A stretch of DNA of 64,000 nt, taken from contig NW_015162547.1 of NCBI RefSeq assembly GCF_001447785.1, positions 32,407 to 96,406 of the forward strand, given 5' to 3'. Positions 60,201 through 64,000 of this stretch are shown one piece after another. Within the stretch, counting starts at the first letter, position 1. Each line of letters begins with the position of its first letter. This stretch comes from Gekko japonicus (taxonomy: Eukaryota). The notes beneath the pieces were generated by a model, which was given only the letters and a program-made list of their open reading frames with translations, was not told the DNA's origin and made no database searches. Made by a program: the position numbers and the translations under genes.

Positions 60201-62190
60201 ACCAGCTTAGTTTCTCGCTAGAGGCTGCTGTGGAGCACAGCCGGGCTAGAGGGGCACCTCTGTAACATCTGCCAGTCTTGGGAGTGGGGCGGGCGGCGGG
60301 CTGTCCCTTCCCCCTCGGCCACAAATGAGGAGTCTCTGTGGCTCTTTGGCAGAGAGGAGAGAGAGGTGTGCGCTTCCCTTCCCGTCACAGGGGCCAAATG
60401 CCCTGATGGGAGCCGTAGGAGCACAGGTGCGCCACGTGTGGCCGTGGCCCCGCCCAGACCCTTTGCTCCCAGCATGTGTCCCCCCCACCCACCTGCACCC
60501 CTCAGACTCACCCCGGCCGTGCCTCCCTCCGCATTCCAGGGGTGGCCCTTCTGTCGGTAGCGCAGCTGGTACTGCATCTCCCCGTGCAGGTAGTCGTAGG
60601 CTGCGTAGCCGCTCTCCCAGGAGACGTTGTAGCCGTCTGGGTGGGCCACGGCAGTCACTTTGGAAGGGGGCGGAGGCTTAACTGGGGAGGAGGGGGGCAG
60701 AGCTATAATCAAGGCCGGGCCCCTGAGGAGCCCCCGCCCGGAACCCCCCCCCCCCGCGCGCACACCCTTCCTCCAAAGGGGAGCGAGGCGGGCACGGCCC
60801 CTTCCCTTGGCGACTTCAGCTGCAGAGCGAACAAGAGGCTGAATGGGGGGGTTGAGACACACCTGTGGCAGCGTCCTCTTCACCACCGGCAAAATGGGGC
60901 CATGGAGGCCAAGCGCAGCCATGCCAGGGGATCCCTCCAGCTGGGGTCTCCCACCGGACCGCTGTCAGAAGAGCTCGGGGAGGGGTGCACCCCTGCCCAG
61001 CTTCTGAGGGGGTGCTCCTGGGTCTTCCTCTCTGCCTCCCTCACTTTCCAGCACAGAGGGTGCCCCCCGCCCCCCCCCCCCCGAGGAGCCTTCCCAGTGC
61101 CCTGCCCCCCCCCGCCGACCATGCACACTTACCGTTCTCGTGGCACCGGAAGGGCCCACAGTCCTGGTGAGCGGGAGGGGCTCCACCCACGAGCATCGTG
61201 ACCCTCACGGCAAAGGTGTCACGAGAGAAGCACGGCCTCTGCTCCGAGGAGCAGGCGTAGCGCAGGTGGCTGGCATTTCTGAAGGTGGGGAGGAAGGCGC
61301 AGGTGCACCCGTGGCCACAGCCCCTGGGGAAACAAAGGCAAGACAGGCGTCTCTCGGCATGGCAGGCAGCCATCGCTGTGCAAGTGCCCCGCAGTCGGTC
61401 CCAGAGCACTGATGGGCAGAAGGTGCCCCTCTTCCCCGGAGCAGGTCCCACGGAGGACTTCCAGGGTGTGCACGCCCCCGGGGCCGGGGCCGGTGGCGAA
61501 GGCACCGAGTGGCCCAGTTGTCAGGCAGATCAGAAGCCCCTGACTTGACTGCAAGGTTCCCTCTCCTTTCCCCTCCCCCCTCCCCAGAGCGGGGCAGTTC
61601 ACATCCCGAGCAGAAGATAACTGCTCTGGTCTCAAAACGGGCCACGGGCAGTGGGAGGCCCTGCGCGGCTCCAGGTTGCTTCGGCTGGGGGAGGGGAGGG
61701 GAGGGGGTGTCTCCTTGGAGGACAGAGGGGAAGTCCTCTTGGCAAGAGAGGCCACGATTCGGGGCCCAGGGGATGCTGGATGCCGGCTCCCGTCCCGACC
61801 AGCGTTCCCTCTAAGCTGAGTTGGTGTCAGCTAGCTCACAGTTTTTTAGCGTCTGGCTCACACATCTTTGTCTTTGCTCAGGAAGGAAGGAAGGAGGGGG
61901 CTCCAGAGCAGACTAATTTATGCAGAGCAGACTAATTTAGGCCAGTAGCTCACAAAGCAGGATTTTTGCTCACAAGACTCCACGGCTTAGAGGGAGCATG
62001 GCTCCGGACCCTACAAGGAAAGGAACAAGGAAAGGCACCAGAGACGACACCCCCCCCCCCCCCCCGGGCACCTACCACGTGGCAGTGAGGTTGTGCAGCC
62101 TCCCTCTGGGGTGGCCGGGGCCCGTGTCCCACATGCAGGTCAGTGTCCGGATGTAGTCCGCAAAACACCTGAGATCCTTGCAAGCCGAGT
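56494..62190 (-). CDS. IL21R: Interleukin-21 receptor, partial (Box1 exon probably in gap 58466-58661; signal exon not identified)
   Basis: Exons 62076-62190, 61133-61323, 60512-60681, 59478-59649, 58885-58987, 56494-57231. Diagnostic tail motifs YGHLSIDTVTVAD, LDLDTVDSGFADSDCGSPV.C.F and SYVKQWV; D1 start CKDLRCFADYIRTLTC. Confidence 0.9.
58885..58987 (-). CDS. IL21R: IL21R transmembrane exon
   Basis: cag|GSAGGGGGGAVWAVAPLLAFSLIVTLVAFLCKHP|gtgag. Confidence 0.82.
59092..59372 (-). mobile_element. tRNA-derived SINE
   Basis: Same family as 15017-15305. Confidence 0.75.
59478..59649 (-). CDS. IL21R: IL21R WSXWS-type exon (WSDWG)
   Basis: cag|APKPVLQDTPTLWLLPQELKGGAEYELQVRAGPRDHSLYKGTWSDWGP...|gtaag; alternative in-frame acceptor at 59628. 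Confidence 0.88.
59770..59975 (-). mobile_element. hAT-type MITE, same family
   Basis: Reverse-complement copy ending gcttagagggaacaccg. Confidence 0.7.
60512..60681 (-). CDS. IL21R: IL21R D2 exon a
   Basis: cag|VKPPPPSKVTAVAHPDGYNVSWESGY...LHGEMQYQLRYRQKGHPW...G|gtgag. Confidence 0.9.
61133..61323 (-). CDS. IL21R: IL21R D1 exon b
   Basis: cag|GCGHGCTCAFLPTFRNASHLRYAC...DTFAVRVT...QDCGPFRCHEN|gtaag. Confidence 0.85.
61800..62000 (+). mobile_element. hAT-type MITE, same family
   Basis: cagcgttccctctaagctgag...gcttagagggagcatg. Confidence 0.72.
62076..62190 (-). CDS. IL21R: IL21R D1 exon a
   Basis: cag|SACKDLRCFADYIRTLTCMWDTG...HNLTATW|gtagg. Confidence 0.88.
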
Positions 62191-64000
62191 CTGAATGTGG
62201 ATGTTCACATCATACAGAGAAAGAGAGAGAGAGAGAACAAGCCTCGTCCTGTCAGGTTGCACCTCGAGGCGGCCGGAGTTTGCCTTCCAGAGCGGCGTCA
62301 GCCCCGGGGGAAACCTGGCTCAGGAGCAGGCTTGCCAGAGGAAGACCGGGAACCATCGGGCGGAGCAGGACGTCCAGCAGAGGGGTCTCCTCGGCAGAAA
62401 ATGCCGGGGGGGGGGAGAAAGTTTAGCAGAAGCCTCCCAAGAGCCTTCCTGCCGTTCTGAGAAGCAGCGGGGCTAACAAGGAGCGCATCACGACAACAGA
62501 AGGCCTGAAAGAGCATTGCTGTGCCTGATGGCACTTGGGGGGGGGGGCACAGCCCCATGACCGGACAGTCCCAGAGACAGAGCGAGAAGGAATTCGACAG
62601 GCCTCGTATCCAACTATACAGAAGAATAGGACCTTGTAATTAATCAGAAGTAAATCAGAAGTAAACACACAAAAGTGTGGCCTGATGAGGACTGAGCCTG
62701 CTCCAGGAGAACACGGAAAGCAGCAGTGAGTCAATTTTTTAAAAGAAGAAGAAGAGGAAGATGAGAAAACAGGCTTGCTGAAGTCCAGTGTGTGTGTGTC
62801 TCTTGCAGTTCTGGAGGAAGAGAGAAGGGGGGCGGGGGGGGGGGGTTTTCCCAAATGCTCCGGCCCCCTGGGCTCCCCCCCCCCCCGGGGGGGCCCGGGC
62901 CCCCCCCCCCCCCCCGGAACTACACCTCGTCTCCTGAGTACAGAGATCAGTCCTCCTGGAGTACATGGATGCTAGAGGGACCGTTTCAGCATCCCCGGGG
63001 GAACTCCCAGGTATGGGGGGGGGGGGGGTGTCACCTGGGAGTCTCTCCCCCCCACACACACACCCCTCCCTGTGTTTGACATTTTGATGACTGGGGTGGG
63101 GGGGGGCACAGCAACACCATTCCGTACCCTACGGGGCTAAGGTCAGGGGGCAGCCCCTTGCTGTGCCCAAACCCTGGGGGCTGAATCTCATGCGGCTGCC
63201 TGCTCTCCCTCCAGGAACCGCAGCGTGGCTCTCTCAGCCCCAAAGCTCAGAGGATTCTGCCCCCGTGGGGAGGAGAGGAGGAAGTCCACCCAAAGAATCA
63301 TGGAGCTAGCGGGAAGGGGCCGCAGGGGCCATCTACTCTGACCTCCGGCTCCCCGCAAGTGTTTGTCCAGCTGCTGCTGCTTGAAGGCCGCCCGCCCCTG
63401 AGGAAGTGGCAGTGGGCTGTGCCCGGAGTCCCCTGCTGCCCCCTTGGGTGGGCGAGGGGCTGGTGCCAGGCGCCAAGGCCGACCTGGCGGTTTCTTGTGG
63501 TCATGAGGCACAGCCTGTGGCAGGGCGGGTGGGTTGGGGAGAGGCTCCCCCAAGGGAGGCAGGCAGGCAGGCAAACGAGCGCTTGCAAATTCACCCAGAG
63601 GATAAACAGTCTGGTGAGCCAGCGCGTCTGTTTCCCTGTCTGGGGGTGGGGGGTAGACAGGCACCCCCTCCCGTCCTCATTACTCTGCTTTGGGCCAGTC
63701 CCCCCCCCCCTGTGGGGCAGATGGCCAGACTGCTGTGCTAGTAGTGGCCGGGGGGCCGCTGAATGGGGGTGGGGTGGGGGGAGGAGAGAGTACCCCAGTG
63801 AGTTATCTCCCTGCCTCCGGTGATTCCTTTCAGAACGCCCCCCCTCCAAGGTGCCTTGTGTCATATGAGCAAGGAATATGGTACCAAGAGTGGAACTTGC
63901 GGATGTAATACCGGGAAATCCTCTGTATGTGTGTGTGTGTGTGTGTGTGTGTGAGTGGTTAGGGTAATTCTAAGTGGCCAAACGGCCGGCAGAGAAAGGG

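Noticed and set aside
62420-63700. IL21R signal-peptide exon candidates (MRSLLAPLLL..., MILWVDFLL...)
   Set aside because: Neither has a phase-1 donor compatible with the 62190 acceptor; the exon may lie outside the window.

Overview
GC-rich vertebrate genomic DNA with many N-gaps and G/C homopolymers. The SINE, CR1 and MITE repertoire points to a squamate reptile, probably a gecko (inference). Four intron-containing genes lie head-to-tail on the minus strand. IL21R spans about 62190-56494; its Box1 exon probably falls in a gap and its signal exon was not identified. IL9R (53024-47827) has 8 coding exons and is complete. PDPK1 exons 2-14 lie at 34224-20916, with exon 1 probably in the 42959-43811 gap. 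KCTD5 (16116-3709) has 6 coding exons and is complete. Exon boundaries were read by eye from splice signals and phase continuity; most six-frame ORFs are noise. Mobile DNA includes a young 5'-truncated RTEX-like LINE (13-bp TSD), a 3.5-kb foldback hAT element (8-bp TSD), a solo LTR (5-bp TSD), CR1 fragments, Sauria and other tRNA-derived SINEs, hAT MITEs and Penelope-like inverted repeats. Most notable: (1) an intron-less second copy of PDPK1 exon 8 fused to exon 9, either cDNA-templated or an assembly artifact; (2) two candidate alternative C-terminal exons in KCTD5 intron 5, one acidic and RBFOX-motif-flanked, one encoding a transmembrane-like segment; (3) a U12-type intron in PDPK1; (4) variant motifs in the two cytokine receptors. 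I found no well-supported wholly new multi-gene system.
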